In this document: piece by piece, positions 12,001 through 18,439 of the stretch
Layout of the letters: the number at the start of each line of letters is the position of its first letter
Numbering within the stretch: position 1 is the stretch's first letter
NCBI GenBank assembly: GCA_965240325.2
Contig: OZ251248.1
Span: 558,001-622,000, forward strand
Source of the DNA: Rebecca billardiae RCC1528
Lineage: Eukaryota > Protista > Haptophyta
DNA length: 64,000 nt
Direction of reading: 5' to 3'
The notes under the pieces: model-generated
Databases searched by the model: none
Told to the model about the DNA's origin: nothing
The model's input: only the letters and a program-made list of their open reading frames with translations
Program-made: the position numbers and the translations under genes

Positions 12001-15000
12001 GTGGCGACGGGGGCGGACTGGGCGGCGGGCTAGGAGGTGGGCTCGGCGGCGGGCTCGGTGGCGGGCTGGGCGGCGGCGATGGCGGTGGCGGGCTTGGCGG
12101 CGGGCTTGGCGGCGGGCTGGGAGGCGGGCTGGGAGGCGGCGAGGGTGGCGGGCTCGGTGGCGGCGATGGCGGGGGGCTCGGCGGCGGCTTTGGTGGCGGT
12201 GGGCTCGGAGGCGGGCTTGGCGGCGGGCTTGGTGGCGGGCTTGGCGGCGGGCTTGGTGGCGGGCTTGGCGGCGGGCTTGGTGGCGGGCTTGGCGGCGGGA
12301 GCGGCGGTGGCGGGCTTGGCGGCGGGCTCGGAGGTGGGCTCGGCGGCGGGCTTGGAGGAGGGCTGGGCGGCGGGCTCGGCGGTGGGCTCGGTGGCGGGCT
12401 CGGCGGCGGTGAGGGCGGTGGGCTCGGCGGTGGGCTCGGCGGCGGTGATGGCGGCGGTGAGGGCGGCGGGCTCGGCGGTGGGCTCGGCGGCGGCTTCGGC
12501 GGAGGCGGGCTCGGTGGGGGGCTCGGCGGCGGGCTCGGCGGCGGGCTCGGCGGGGGACTCGGAGGCGGGCTCGGCGGCGGCGAGGGCGGTGGCGACGGGG
12601 GCGGGCTCGGCGGCGGGCTTGGCGGCGGGCTCGGCGGCGGCAGCGGCGGAGGCGGACTCGGCGGTGGGCTCGGCGGCGGGCTCGGCGGCGGGCTTGGCGG
12701 CGGGCTCGGAGGCGGAGATGGCGGCGGGCTCGGAGGTGGGCTCGGCGGTGGACTGGGTGGCGGGCTCGGGGGCGGGCTCGGCGGCGGCAGCGGCGGAGGC
12801 GGACTCGGCGGTGGGCTCGGCGGCGGGCTCGGCGGCGGGCTCGGCGGAGGGCTCGGGGGCGGCGACGGCGGCGGGCTGGGCGGGGGGCTGGGGGGTGGGC
12901 TCGGCGGTGGGCTCGGTGGTGGGCTGGGTGGCGGCGATGGCGGTGGCGGGCTCGGCGGCGGACTCGGCGGCGGGCTAGGAGGTGGGCTGGGCGGCGGCGA
13001 GGGTGGTGGGCTCGGTGGTGGGCTTGGTGGCGGACTCGGGGGTGGCGATGGCGGAGGGCTTGGCGGCGGAGACGGCGGGGGGCTTGGCGGCGGCTTTGGT
13101 GGCGGCGGGCTCGGAGGCGGGGACGGTGGTGGACTAGGTGGCGGGCTCGGCGGAGGCAGCGGCGGAGGCGGGCTCGGCGGCGGGCTCGGCGGTGGGCTCG
13201 GCGGTGGGCTTGGAGGCGGGCTCGGTGGAGGCGACGGCGGCGGACTCGGTGGCGGGCTCGGCGGCGGTGAGGGCGGTGGGCTCGGCGGTGGACTCGGCGG
13301 CGGAGACGGCGGCGGAGACGGCGGCGGGCTCGGTGGTGGACTCGGCGGCGGCTTCGGCGGAGGCGGGCTCGGTGGGGGGCTCGGCGGAGGGCTCGGCGGC
13401 GGGCTCGGCGGAGGGCTCGGCGGTGGCGATGGGGGCGGACTGGGCGGCGGGCTAGGAGGTGGGCTCGGCGGTGGGCTCGGCGGTGGGCTGGGCGGCGGCG
13501 ATGGCGGTGGTGGGCTTGGCGGTGGGCTTGGCGGCGGGCTGGGAGGCGGGCTGGGCGGAGGCGAGGGTGGCGGGCTCGGCGGCGGAGATGGCGGCGGGCT
13601 GGGCGGCGGCCTCGGTGGAGGCGGGCTCGGCGGCGGGGACGGTGGCGGACTGGGTGGCGGGCTCGGCGGAGGCAGCGGCGGAGGCGGGCTCGGCGGTGGG
13701 CTCGGCGGCGGGCTTGGCGGCGGGCTTGGAGGCGGGCTCGGCGGCGGGCTGGGCGGCGGTGACGGCGGCGGGCTCGGCGGCGGGCTGGGCGGGGGGCTCG
13801 GCGGCGGGCTCGGTGGCGGGCTCGGCGGCGGGCTCGGCGGAGGGCTCGGAGGTGGGCTCGGCGGTGGCGTCGGCGGTGGTGGGCTCGGGGGTGGCGACGG
13901 TGGAGGGCTCGGAGGCGGGCTCGGCGGTGGGCTCGGCGGAGGGGACGGCGGCGGGCTGGGTGGCGGGCTGGGCGGGGGGCTGGGCGGCGGGCTCGGTGGC
14001 GGGCTCGGTGGTGGCAGTGGCGGTGGCGGGCTCGGCGGCGGACTCGGCGGTGGGCTCGGTGGCGGCGAGGGCGGTGGACTGGGCGGCGGCGACGGCGGCG
14101 GGCTCGGTGGCGGGCTGGGTGGCGGGCTCGGTGGCGGTGACGGTGGCGGGCTCGGCGGTGGGCTCGGCGGAGGCGGGCTTGGCGGTGGGCTGGGCGGGGG
14201 GCTGGGCGGTGGGCTCGGTGGCGGGCTCGGCGGCGGCGACGGTGGCGGACTAGGCGGCGGGCTCGGCGGCGGCGACGGTGGTGGGCTCGGCGGCGGACTC
14301 GGCGGGGGGCTCGGTGGTGGCGGGCTCGGCGGCGGGCTGGGCGGCGGGCTGGGAGGCGGGCTGGGCGGTGGGCTGGGCGGCGGGCTCGGCGGTGGGCTCG
14401 GAGGCGGCGACGGTGGCGGCGATGGCGGCGGGCTGGGTGGCGGCGAAGGCGGCGGGCTGGGCGGCGGCGATGGCGGAGGCGGGCTGGGCGGTGGCGACGG
14501 CGGCGGGCTAGGAGGCGGGCTCGGCGGAGGGCTGGGCGGCGGCGACGGTGGAGGGCTTGGCGGCGGGCTCGGCGGTGGGCTCGGCGGAGGGGACGGCGGC
14601 GGGCTAGGCGGCGGGCTCGGCGGTGGGCTTGGCGGCGGGCTTGGCGGCGGGCTCGGTGGTGGCAGTGGCGGTGGCGGGCTCGGCGGCGGACTTGGCGGTG
14701 GGCTCGGCGGCGGCGAGGGCGGTGGGCTGGGAGGCGGCGACGGCGGTGGGCTCGGCGGCGGCGAGGGCGGTGGGCTGGGAGGCGGCGACGGCGGCGGGCT
14801 CGGTGGCGGGCTGGGTGGCGGGCTCGGTGGCGGTGACGGTGGCGGGCTCGGCGGTGGGCTCGGCGGAGGCGGGCTTGGCGGTGGGCTGGGCGGCGGGCTG
14901 GGCGGTGGGCTGGGCGGCGGGCTCGGCGGCGGCGACGGTGGCGGGCTCGGCGGCGGGCTCGGCGGCGGCGACGGTGGTGGGCTTGGCGGCGGACTCGGCG

Positions 15001-17790
15001 GGGGGCTCGGTGGTGGCGGGCTCGGCGGCGGGCTGGGCGGCGGGCTGGGAGGCGGGCTGGGCGGTGGGCTGGGCGGCGGGCTCGGCGGTGGGCTCGGAGG
15101 CGGCGACGGTGGCGGCGATGGCGGCGGGCTGGGCGGCGGCGAAGGCGGCGGGCTGGGCGGCGGCGATGGCGGAGGCGGGCTCGGCGGTGGCGACGGCGGC
15201 GGGCTAGGAGGCGGGCTCGGCGGAGGGCTGGGCGGCGGCGACGGTGGAGGGCTTGGCGGCGGGCTCGGCGGTGGGCTCGGCGGAGGGGACGGCGGCGGGC
15301 TAGGCGGCGGGCTCGGCGGTGGGCTTGGCGGCGGGCTTGGCGGCGGGCTCGGTGGTGGCAGTGGCGGTGGCGGGCTCGGCGGCGGACTCGGCGGTGGGCT
15401 CGGCGGCGGCGAGGGCGGTGGGCTGGGAGGCGGCGACGGCGGCGGGCTCGGTGGCGGGCTGGGTGGCGGGCTCGGTGGCGGTGACGGCGGCGGGCTCGGC
15501 GGTGGGCTCGGCGGAGGCGGGCTTGGCGGTGGGCTGGGCGGCGGGCTGGGCGGTGGGCTGGGCGGCGGGCTCGGCGGCGGCGACGGTGGCGGGCTAGGCG
15601 GCGGGCTCGGCGGCGGCGACGGTGGTGGGCTTGGCGGCGGACTCGGCGGGGGGCTCGGTGGTGGCGGGCTCGGCGGCGGGCTGGGCGGCGGGCTGGGAGG
15701 CGGGCTGGGCGGTGGGCTGGGCGGCGGGCTCGGCGGTGGGCTCGGAGGCGGCGACGGTGGCGGCGATGGCGGCGGGCTGGGTGGCGGCGAAGGCGGCGGG
15801 CTGGGCGGCGGCGATGGCGGAGGCGGGCTCGGCGGTGGCGACGGCGGCGGGCTAGGAGGCGGGCTCGGCGGAGGGCTGGGCGGCGGCGACGGTGGAGGGC
15901 TTGGCGGCGGGCTCGGCGGTGGGCTCGGCGGAGGGGACGGCGGCGGGCTGGGTGGTGGGCTGGGCGGGGGGCTGGGCGGCGGGCTGGGTGGCGGGCTCGG
16001 TGGTGGCAGTGGCGGTGGCGGGCTCGGCGGCGGACTCGGCGGTGGGCTCGGTGGCGGCGAGGGCGGTGGACTGGGCGGCGGCGACGGCGGCGGGCTCGGT
16101 GGCGGGCTGGGTGGCGGGCTCGGTGGCGGTGACGGTGGCGGGCTCGGCGGTGGGCTCGGCGGAGGCGGGCTTGGCGGTGGGCTGGGCGGCGGGCTGGGCG
16201 GTGGGCTGGGCGGCGGGCTCGGCGGCGGCGACGGTGGCGGGCTCGGCGGCGGGCTCGGCGGCGGCGACGGTGGCGGGCTTGGCGGCGGACTCGGCGGGGG
16301 GCTCGGTGGTGGCGGGCTGGGCGGCGGGCTGGGCGGCGGGCTGGGAGGCGGACTGGGCGGTGGGCTGGGCGGCGGGCTCGGCGGTGGGCTCGGAGGCGGC
16401 GACGGTGGCGGCGATGGCGGCGGGCTGGGTGGCGGCGAAGGCGGCGGGCTTGGCGGCGGCGATGGCGGAGGCGGGCTGGGCGGTGGCGACGGCGGCGGAC
16501 TCGGAGGCGGGCTCGGCGGAGGGCTGGGCGGCGGCGAAGGTGGCGGGCTCGGCGGTGGGCTGGGTGGCGGGCTTGGTGGCGGGCTTGGTGGCGGACTCGG
16601 TGGCGGCAGTGGCGGTGGCGGGCTCGGCGGCGGACTCGGCGGTGGGCTCGGCGGTGGCGAGGGCGGTGGACTGGGCGGCGGCGACGGCGGCGGGCTCGGT
16701 GGCGGGCTGGGTGGCGGGCTTGGTGGCGGCGACGGTGGCGGGCTCGGCGGTGGGCTCGGCGGAGGCGGGCTCGGCGGTGGGCTGGGCGGCGGGCTCGGCG
16801 GTGGGCTTGGCGGCGGGCTCGGCGGCGGCGACGGTGGCGGACTAGGCGGTGGGCTGGGCGGCGGCGAAGGCGGCGGGCTGGGTGGTGGGCTCGGCGGCGG
16901 GCTCGGCGGTGGCGGGCTCGGCGGAGGGCTCGGCGGCGGACTGGGCGGCGGGCTGGGCGGTGGCGACGGTGGCGGGCTCGGCGGCGGGCTCGGTGGAGGG
17001 CTCGGCGGCGGACTCGGCGGTGGGCTCGGTGGTGGCGACGGCGGTGGGCTCGGCGGCGGCGACGGCGGTGGCGGGCTCGGCGGCGGACTCGGCGGTGGGC
17101 TCGGTGGTGGCGAGGGCGGTGGACTGGGCGGCGGCGACGGCGGTGGGCTCGGTGGCGGGCTCGGTGGTGGGCTCGGTGGCGGCGACGGTGGAGGGCTCGG
17201 TGGTGGGCTCGGCGGAGGCGGGCTCGGCGGCGGGCTGGGCGGCGGGCTGGGCGGCGGGCTGGGCGGCGGGCTCGGCGGCGGCGACGGTGGCGGGCTGGGC
17301 GGCGGGCTGGGCGGCGGCGAAGGCGGCGGGCTGGGTGGCGGACTCGGCGGCGGGCTGGGCGGTGGCGGGCTGGGCGGTGGGCTTGGCGGCGGGCTGGGTG
17401 GTGGGCTCGGCGGCGGGCTCGGCGGCGGCGAGGGCGGCGGGCTCGGCGGCGGCGAGGGCGGCGGGCTGGGCGGTGGACTCGGCGGCGGGCTCGGCGGCGG
17501 GCTCGGCGGCGGAGGGCTTGGCGGCGGGCTCGGCGGCGGCGACGGCGGCGGGCTCGGCGGTGGGCTGGGTGGCGGGCTCGGAGGCGGCGATGGCGGCGGG
17601 CTTGGTGGCGGTGACGGCGGCGGGCTGGGTGGCGGACTTGGCGGCGGGCTTGGCGGCGGGCTCGGCGGCGGCGGGCTCGGCGGCGGGCTCGGCGGCGGGC
17701 TCGGCGGCGGGCTCGGTGGCGGGCTCGGCGGCGGGCTCGGCGGTGGGCTTGGCGGCGGCGATGGCGGCGGACTCGGAGGTGGGCTCGGGC
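1..17790. repeat. Coding 12-bp (occasionally 15-bp) tandem repeat, plus-strand consensus GGCGGCGGGCTC
   Basis: Visible throughout; encodes SPPP/SPPPP on the minus strand. Confidence 0.97.
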
Positions 17791-18124
17791 TCGGTTGGCC
17801 AGACACCAGTGGCGCGGCTGAGAGCCCCACGAGCACGCCCAGCGCCAGAGCCAGCCACCCCGGACGGAAGGGTGTGCTGGCGATTCGTCTGGGGCGGCCG
17901 GATGACGGTGCCGCTGACGCTTGCCGCGCAGCGGGCGCTGCGCGGCGCGGCGACTCGGCGGAGCTTGGCGGGGACGGACGCTCGGGGCGGTGGCTCTGAG
18001 CGGGCAAGCGCGAATTGGGCTGCGGCGGCTGCGGCGCGAAGCCACAGGCGCCTGGTCGCATTTCGCCCGTTGCTCGCGCCTTGCGGCGCGACTCCACGGT
18101 TGCAGAACCACGACGGGCAACCAT
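2..18124 (-). CDS. Giant (SPPP)n extensin/pherophorin-like proline-rich surface glycoprotein, at least 6,040 aa, 3' end beyond the window
   Basis: Manual minus-strand translation from ATG 18124 (or in-frame ATG 18061): MVARRGS...PFRPGWLALALGVLVGLSAAPLVSG-QPSPSPPPSPPP..., with no stop to position 1. In the plus-strand shadow ORF, L (CT always preceded by G/A), D and E all map to Ser (AGY/TCN) and every G maps to Pro (CCN). Variation is therefore synonymous in this minus frame. Confidence 0.9.
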   Translation of the reverse strand, partial: MVARRGSATVESRRKARATGEMRPGACGFAPQPPQPNSRLPAQSHRPERPSPPSSAESPRRAAPAARQASAAPSSGRPRRIASTPFRPGWLALALGVLVGLSAAPLVSGQPSPSPPPSPPPSPPPSPPPSPPPSPPPSPPPSPPPSPPPSPPPPSPPPSPPPSPPPSPPPSPPPSPPPSPPPSPPPSPPPSPPPSPPPSPPPSPPPPSPPPSPPPSPPPSPPPSPPPSPPPSPPPSPPPSPPPSPPPSPPPSPPPPSPPPSPPPSPPPSPPPSPPPSPPPSPPPSPPPSPPPSPPPSPPPSPPPPSPPPSPPPSPPPSPPPSPPPSPPPSPPPSPPPSPPPSPPPSPPPSPPPPSPPPSPPPSPPPSPPPSPPPSPPPSPPPSPPPSPPPSPPPSPPPSPPPSPPPPSPPPSPPPSPPPSPPPSPPPSPPPSPPPSPPPSPPPSPPPSPPPSPPPPSPPPSPPPSPPPSPPPSPPPSPPPSPPPSPPPSPPPSPPPSPPPSPPPPLPPPSPPPSPPPSPPPSPPPSPPPSPPPSPPPSPPPSPPPSPPPSPPPPSPPPSPPPSPPPSPPPSPPPSPPPSPPPSPPPSPPPSPPPSPPPSPPPSPPPPSPPPSPPPSPPPSPPPSPPPSPPPSPPPSPPPSPPPSPPPSPPPSPPPPSPPPSPPPSPPPSPPPSPPPSPPPSPPPSPPPSPPPSPPPSPPPSPPPPLPPPSPPPSPPPSPPPSPPPSPPPSPPPSPPPSPPPSPPPSPPPSPPPSPPPSPPPSPPPSPPPPSPPPSPPPSPPPSPPPSPPPSPPPSPPPSPPPSPPPSPPPSPPPSPPPSPPPPSPPPSPPPSPPPSPPPSPPPSPPPSPPPSPPPSPPPSPPPSPPPSPPPPSPPPSPPPSPPPSPPPSPPPSPPPSPPPSPPPSPPPSPPPSPPPSPPPPLPPPSPPPSPPPSPPPSPPPSPPPSPPPSPPPSPPPSPPPSPPPSPPPSPPPSPPPSPPPSPPPPSPPPSPPPSPPPSPPPSPPPSPPPSPPPSPPPSPPPSPPPSPPPSPPPSPPPPSPPPSPPPSPPPSPPPSPPPSPPPSPPPSPPPSPPPSPPPSPPPSPPPPSPPPSPPPSPPPSPPPSPPPSPPPSPPPSPPPSPPPSPPPSPPPSPPPSPPPSPPPSPPPSPPPPLPPPSPPPSPPPSPPPSPPPSPPPSPPPSPPPSPPPSPPPSPPPSPPPSPPPSPPPSPPPSPPPPSPPPSPPPSPPPSPPPSPPPSPPPSPPPSPPPSPPPSPPPSPPPSPPPSPPPPSPPPSPPPSPPPSPPPSPPPSPPPSPPPSPPPSPPPSPPPSPPPSPPPPSPPPSPPPSPPPSPPPSPPPSPPPSPPPSPPPSPPPSPPPSPPPSPPPPLPPPSPPPSPPPSPPPSPPPSPPPSPPPSPPPSPPPSPPPSPPPSPPPPTPPPSPPPSPPPSPPPSPPPSPPPSPPPSPPPSPPPSPPPSPPPSPPPSPPPSPPPSPPPSPPPPLPPPSPPPSPPPSPPPSPPPPRPPPSPPPSPPPSPPPSPPPSPPPSPPPSPPPSPPPPSPPPSPPPSPPPSPPPSPPPSPPPSPPPSPPPSPPPSPPPSPPPSPPPPKPPPSPPPSPPPSPPPSPPPSPPPSPPPSPPPSPPPSPPPSPPPSPPPSPPPSPPPSPPPSPPPPLPPPSPPPSPPPSPPPSPPPPKPPPSPPPSPPPSPPPSPPPSPPPSPPPSPPPSPPPSPPPSPPPSPPPSPPPPSPPPSPPPSPPPSPPPSPPPSPPPSPPPSPPPSPPPSPPPSPPPSPPPPLPPPSPPPSPPPSPPPSPPPSPPPSPPPSPPPSPPPSPPPSPPPSPPPPLPPPSPPPSPPPSPPPSPPPSPPPSPPPSPPPSPPPSPPPSPPPSPPPPKPPPSPPPSPPPSPPPSPPPSPPPSPPPSPPPSPPPSPPPSPPPSPPPSPPPSPPPSPPPSPPPPLPPPSPPPSPPPSPPPSPPPSPPPSPPPSPPPSPPPPKPPPSPPPSPPPSPPPSPPPSPPPSPPPSPPPSPPPPSPPPSPPPSPPPSPPPSPPPSPPPSPPPSPPPSPPPSPPPSPPPSPPPPKPPPSPPPSPPPSPPPSPPPSPPPSPPPSPPPSPPPSPPPSPPPSPPPSPPPSPPPSPPPSPPPPLPPPSPPPSPPPSPPPSPPPSPPPSPPPSPPPSPPPSPPPSPPPSPPPPKPPPSPPPSPPPSPPPSPPPSPPPSPPPSPPPSPPPSPPPSPPPSPPPSPPPSPPPSPPPSPPPPLPPPSPPPSPPPSPPPSPPPPKPPPSPPPSPPPRPPPSPPPSPPPSPPPSPPPSPPPPSPPPSPPPSPPPSPPPSPPPSPPPSPPPSPPPSPPPSPPPSPPPSPPPPKPPPSPPPSPPPSPPPSPPPSPPPSPPPSPPPSPPPSPPPSPPPSPPPSPPPSPPPSPPPSPPPPKPPPSPPPSPPPSPPPSPPPPRPPPSPPPSPPPSPPPSPPPSPPPSPPPSPPPSPPPPSPPPSPPPSPPPSPPPSPPPSPPPSPPPSPPPSPPPSPPPSPPPSPPPPKPPPSPPPSPPPSPPPSPPPSPPPSPPPSPPPSPPPSPPPSPPPSPPPSPPPSPPPSPPPSPPPPLPPPSPPPSPPPSPPPSPPPSPPPSPPPSPPPTPPPSPPPSPPPSPPPPKPPPSPPPSPPPSPPPSPPPSPPPSPPPSPPPSPPPSPPPSPPPSPPPSPPPSPPPSPPPSPPPPLPPPSPPPSPPPSPPPSPPPPKPPPSPPPSPPPSPPPSPPPSPPPSPPPSPPPSPPPPSPPPSPPPSPPPSPPPSPPPSPPPSPPPSPPPSPPPSPPPSPPPSPPPPKPPPSPPPSPPPSPPPSPPPSPPPSPPPSPPPSPPPSPPPSPPPSPPPPLPPPSPPPSPPPSPPPSPPPPKPPPSPPPSPPPSPPPSPPPSPPPSPPPSPPPSPPPPSPPPSPPPSPPPSPPPSPPPSPPPSPPPSPPPSPPPSPPPSPPPSPPPPKPPPSPPPSPPPSPPPSPPPSPPPSPPPSPPPSPPPSPPPSPPPSPPPSPPPSPPPSPPPSPPPPKPPPSPPPSPPPSPPPSPPPPKPPPSPPPSPPPSPPPSPPPSPPPSPPPSPPPSPPPPSPPPSPPPSTPPSPPPSPPPSPPPSPPPSPPPSPPPSPPPSPPPSPPPPSPPPSPPPSPPPSPPPSPPPSPPPSPPPSPPPSPPPSPPPSPPPSPPPPLPPPSPPPSPPPSPPPSPPPSPPPSPPPSPPPSPPPSPPPSPPPSPPPPKPPPSPPPSPPPSPPPSPPPSPPPSPPPSPPPSPPPSPPPSPPPSPPPSPPPSPPPSPPPSPPPPLPPPSPPPSPPPSPPPSPPPPKPPPSPPPSPPPSPPPSPPPSPPPSPPPSPPPSPPPPSPPPSPPPSPPPSPPPSPPPSPPPSPPPSPPPSPPPSPPPSPPPSPPPSPPPSPPPSPPPSPPPPKPPPSPPPSPPPSPPPSPPPSPPPSPPPAPPPSPPPSPPPSPPPSPPPSPPPSPPPSPPPSPPPPLPPPSPPPSPPPSPPPSPPPPKPPPSPPPSPPPSPPPSPPPSPPPSPPPSPPPSPPPPSPPPSPPPSPPPSPPPSPPPSPPPSPPPSPPPSPPPSPPPSPPPSPPPPEPPPSPPPSPPPSPPPSPPPSPPPSPPPSPPPSPPPPSPPPSPPPSPPPSPPPSPPPSPPPSPPPSPPPSPPPSPPPSPPPSPPPPMPPPSPPPSPPPSPPPSPPPSPPPSPPPSPPPSPPPSPPPSPPPSPPPPLPPPSPPPSPPPSPPPSPPPSPPPSPPPSPPPSPPPSPPPSPPPSPPPPKPPPSPPPSPPPSPPPSPPPSPPPSPPPSPPPSPPPSPPPSPPPSPPPSPPPSPPPSPPPSPPPPLPPPSPPPSPPPSPPPSPPPPKPPPSPPPSPPPSPPPSPPPRPPPSPPPSPPPSPPPPSPPPSPPPSPPPSPPPSPPPSPPPSPPPSPPPSPPPSPPPSPPPSPPPPKPPPSPPPSPPPSPPPSPPPSPPPSPPPAPPPSPPPSPPPSPPPSPPPSPPPSPPPSPPPSPPPPLPPPSPPPSPPPSPPPSPPPPKPPPSPPPSPPPSPPPSPPPSPPPSPPPSPPPSPPPPSPPPSPPPSPPPSPPPSPPPSPPPSPPPSPPPSPPPSPPPSPPPSPPPPSPPPSPPPSPPPSPPPSPPPSPPPSPPPVPPPSPPPSPPPSPPPSPPPSPPPPSPPPSPPPSPPPSPPPSPPPSPPPSPPPSPPPSPPPSPPPAPPPSPPPSPPPLPPPSPPPSPPPPSPPPSPPPSPPPSPPPGPPPSPPPSPPPSPPPSPPPSPPPSPPPIPPPSPPPSPPPSPPPSPPPPSPPPSPPPSPPPSPPPSPPPSPPPLPPPSPPPSPPPSPPPSPPPSPPPSPPPSPPPSPPPSPPPPSPPPSPPPSPPPSPPPSPPPSPPPSPPPSPPPSPPPPRPPPSPPPSPPPSPPPSPPPSPPPSPPPSPPPSPPPSPPPSPPPSPPPPSPPPSPPPSPPPSPPPSPPPSPPPSPPPSPPPSPPPSPPPSPPPSPPPSPPPSPPPSPPPIPPPSPPPSPPPSPPPSPPPPSPPPSPPPSPPPSPPPSPPPSPPPLPPPSPPPSPPPSPPPSPPPSPPPSPPPSPPPSPPPSPPPPSPPPSPPPSPPPSPPPSPPPSPPPSPPPSPPPSPPPPSPPPSPPPSPPPSPPPSPPPSPPPSPPPRPPPSPPPSPPPSPPPSPPPPSPPPSPPPSPPPSPPPSPPPSPPPSPPPSPPPSPPPSPPPSPPPSPPPSPPPSPPPSPPPIPPPSPPPSPPPSPPPSPPPPSPPPSPPPSPPPSPPPSPPPSPPPLPPPSPPPSPPPSPPPSPPPSPPPSPPPSPPPSPPPSPPPPSPPPSPPPSPPPSPPPSPPPSPPPSPPPSPPPSPPPPSPPPSPPPSPPPSPPPSPPPSPPPSPPPSPPPSPPPSPPPSPPPSPPPPSPPPSPPPSPPPSPPPSPPPSPPPSPPPSPPPSPPPSPPPSPPPSPPPSPPPSPPPSPPPIPPPSPPPSPPPSPPPSPPPPSPPPSPPPSPPPSPPPSPPPSPPPLPPPSPPPSPPPSPPPSPPPSPPPSPPPSPPPSPPPSPPPPSPPPSPPPSPPPSPPPSPPPSPPPSPPPSPPPSPPPPSPPPSPPPSPPPSPPPSPPPSPPPSPPPSPPPSPPPSPPPSPPPSPPPPSPPPSPPPSPPPSPPPSPPPSPPPSPPPSPPPSPPPSPPPSPPPSPPPSPPPSPPPSPPPIPPPSPPPSPPPSPPPSPPPPSPPPSPPPSPPPSPPPSPPPSPPPLPPPSPPPSPPPSPPPSPPPSPPPSPPPSPPPSPPPSPPPPSPPPSPPPSPPPSPPPSPPPSPPPSPPPSPPPSPPPPSPPPSPPPSPPPSPPPSPPPSPPPSPPPSPPPSPPPSPPPSPPPSPPPPSPPPSPPPSPPPSPPPSPPPSPPPSPPPSPPPSPPPSPPPSPPPSPPPSPPPSPPPSPPPIPPPSPPPSPPPSPPPSPPPPSPPPSPPPSPPPSPPPSPPPSPPPLPPPSPPPSPPPSPPPSPPPSPPPSPPPSPPPSPPPSPPPPSPPPSPPPSPPPSPPPSPPPSPPPSPPPSPPPSPPPPSPPPSPPPSPPPSPPPSPPPSPPPSPPPSPPPSPPPSPPPSPPPSPPPSPPPSPPPSPPPSPPPPSPPPSPPPSPPPSPPPSPPPSPPPSPPPSPPPSPPPSPPPSPPPSPPPSPPPSPPPSPPPSPPPIPPPSPPPSPPPVPPPSPPPSPPPSPPPSPPPPSPPPSPPPSPPPSPPPSPPPSPPPLPPPSPPPSPPPSPPPSPPPSPPPSPPPSPPPSPPPSPPPPSPPPSPPPSPPPSPPPSPPPSPPPSPPPSPPPSPPPPSPPPSPPPSPPPSPPPSPPPSPPPSPPPRPPPSPPPSPPPSPPPSPPPPSPPPSPPPSPPPSPPPSPPPSPPPSPPPSPPPSPPPTPPPSPPPSPPPSPPPSPPPSPPPVPPPSPPPSPPPSPPPSPPPPSPPPSPPPSPPPSPPPNPPPSPPPSPPPSPPPSPPPSPPPSPPPSPPPSPPPSPPPSPPPSPPPPSPPPSPPPSPPPSPP
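1390..5350. repeat. Higher-order 696-bp (232-aa) repeat, about 6 copies
   Basis: The CAA of the rare marker GGCAACGG is at 1655, 2351, 3047, 3743, 4439 and 5135, exactly 696 bp apart. The GGATCGG marker shows the same spacing (1791, 2487). Boundaries are approximate. Confidence 0.9.
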
Positions 18125-18272
18125 CTGACTACCGGTGCAAGAGGAGGCCCGTCGCGGCGGCGTCACGCTCAGCTCGCTCGCTCGGCGGCAGCCAGTTATT
18201 TTAGGAGCAGGAGGAGAAACCGGCTCGTGGGTAAATGACCCATATCTGCCCATCCGACGCCCTCGCTGCGTT

Positions 18273-18298
18273 CGCATTCCGATATATATCGGAATGCG
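18273..18298. promoter_or_regulatory. Perfect 26-bp palindrome CGCATTCCGATATATATCGGAATGCG about 150 bp upstream of the SPPP gene
   Basis: Sequence equals its own reverse complement and has a TATATA core. A regulatory role is inferred only from position. Confidence 0.4.
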
Positions 18299-18439
18299 GT
18301 TGACATCATATCCGTTGAAGCTTCCGATGAATATGAGTGTGGGCAATTGGTAGTATAGTACTCACCGGGTATTCAAGCCGCATGGGTAACACTGCCCGGA
18401 GCCGCCATCGTGCCCTCTGCTCGGCGGGTGCGCATCAGC

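Noticed and set aside
1-17790. Telomeric or non-coding satellite, or CRISPR array
   Set aside because: Strict triplet-preserving synonymous variation; no unique spacers or cas genes.
1035-17999. 5,654-aa (GGGL)n plus-strand ORF
   Set aside because: Antisense shadow of the SPPP frame: its L/D/E variation is synonymous Ser on the minus strand, and it has no signal peptide or domain.
208-18204. AAGS/AAGW-rich plus-strand ORFs and the EPAA minus-strand ORF
   Set aside because: Other frames of the same repeat, broken by TAG wherever the Pro/Ser codons are CCT-AGC.
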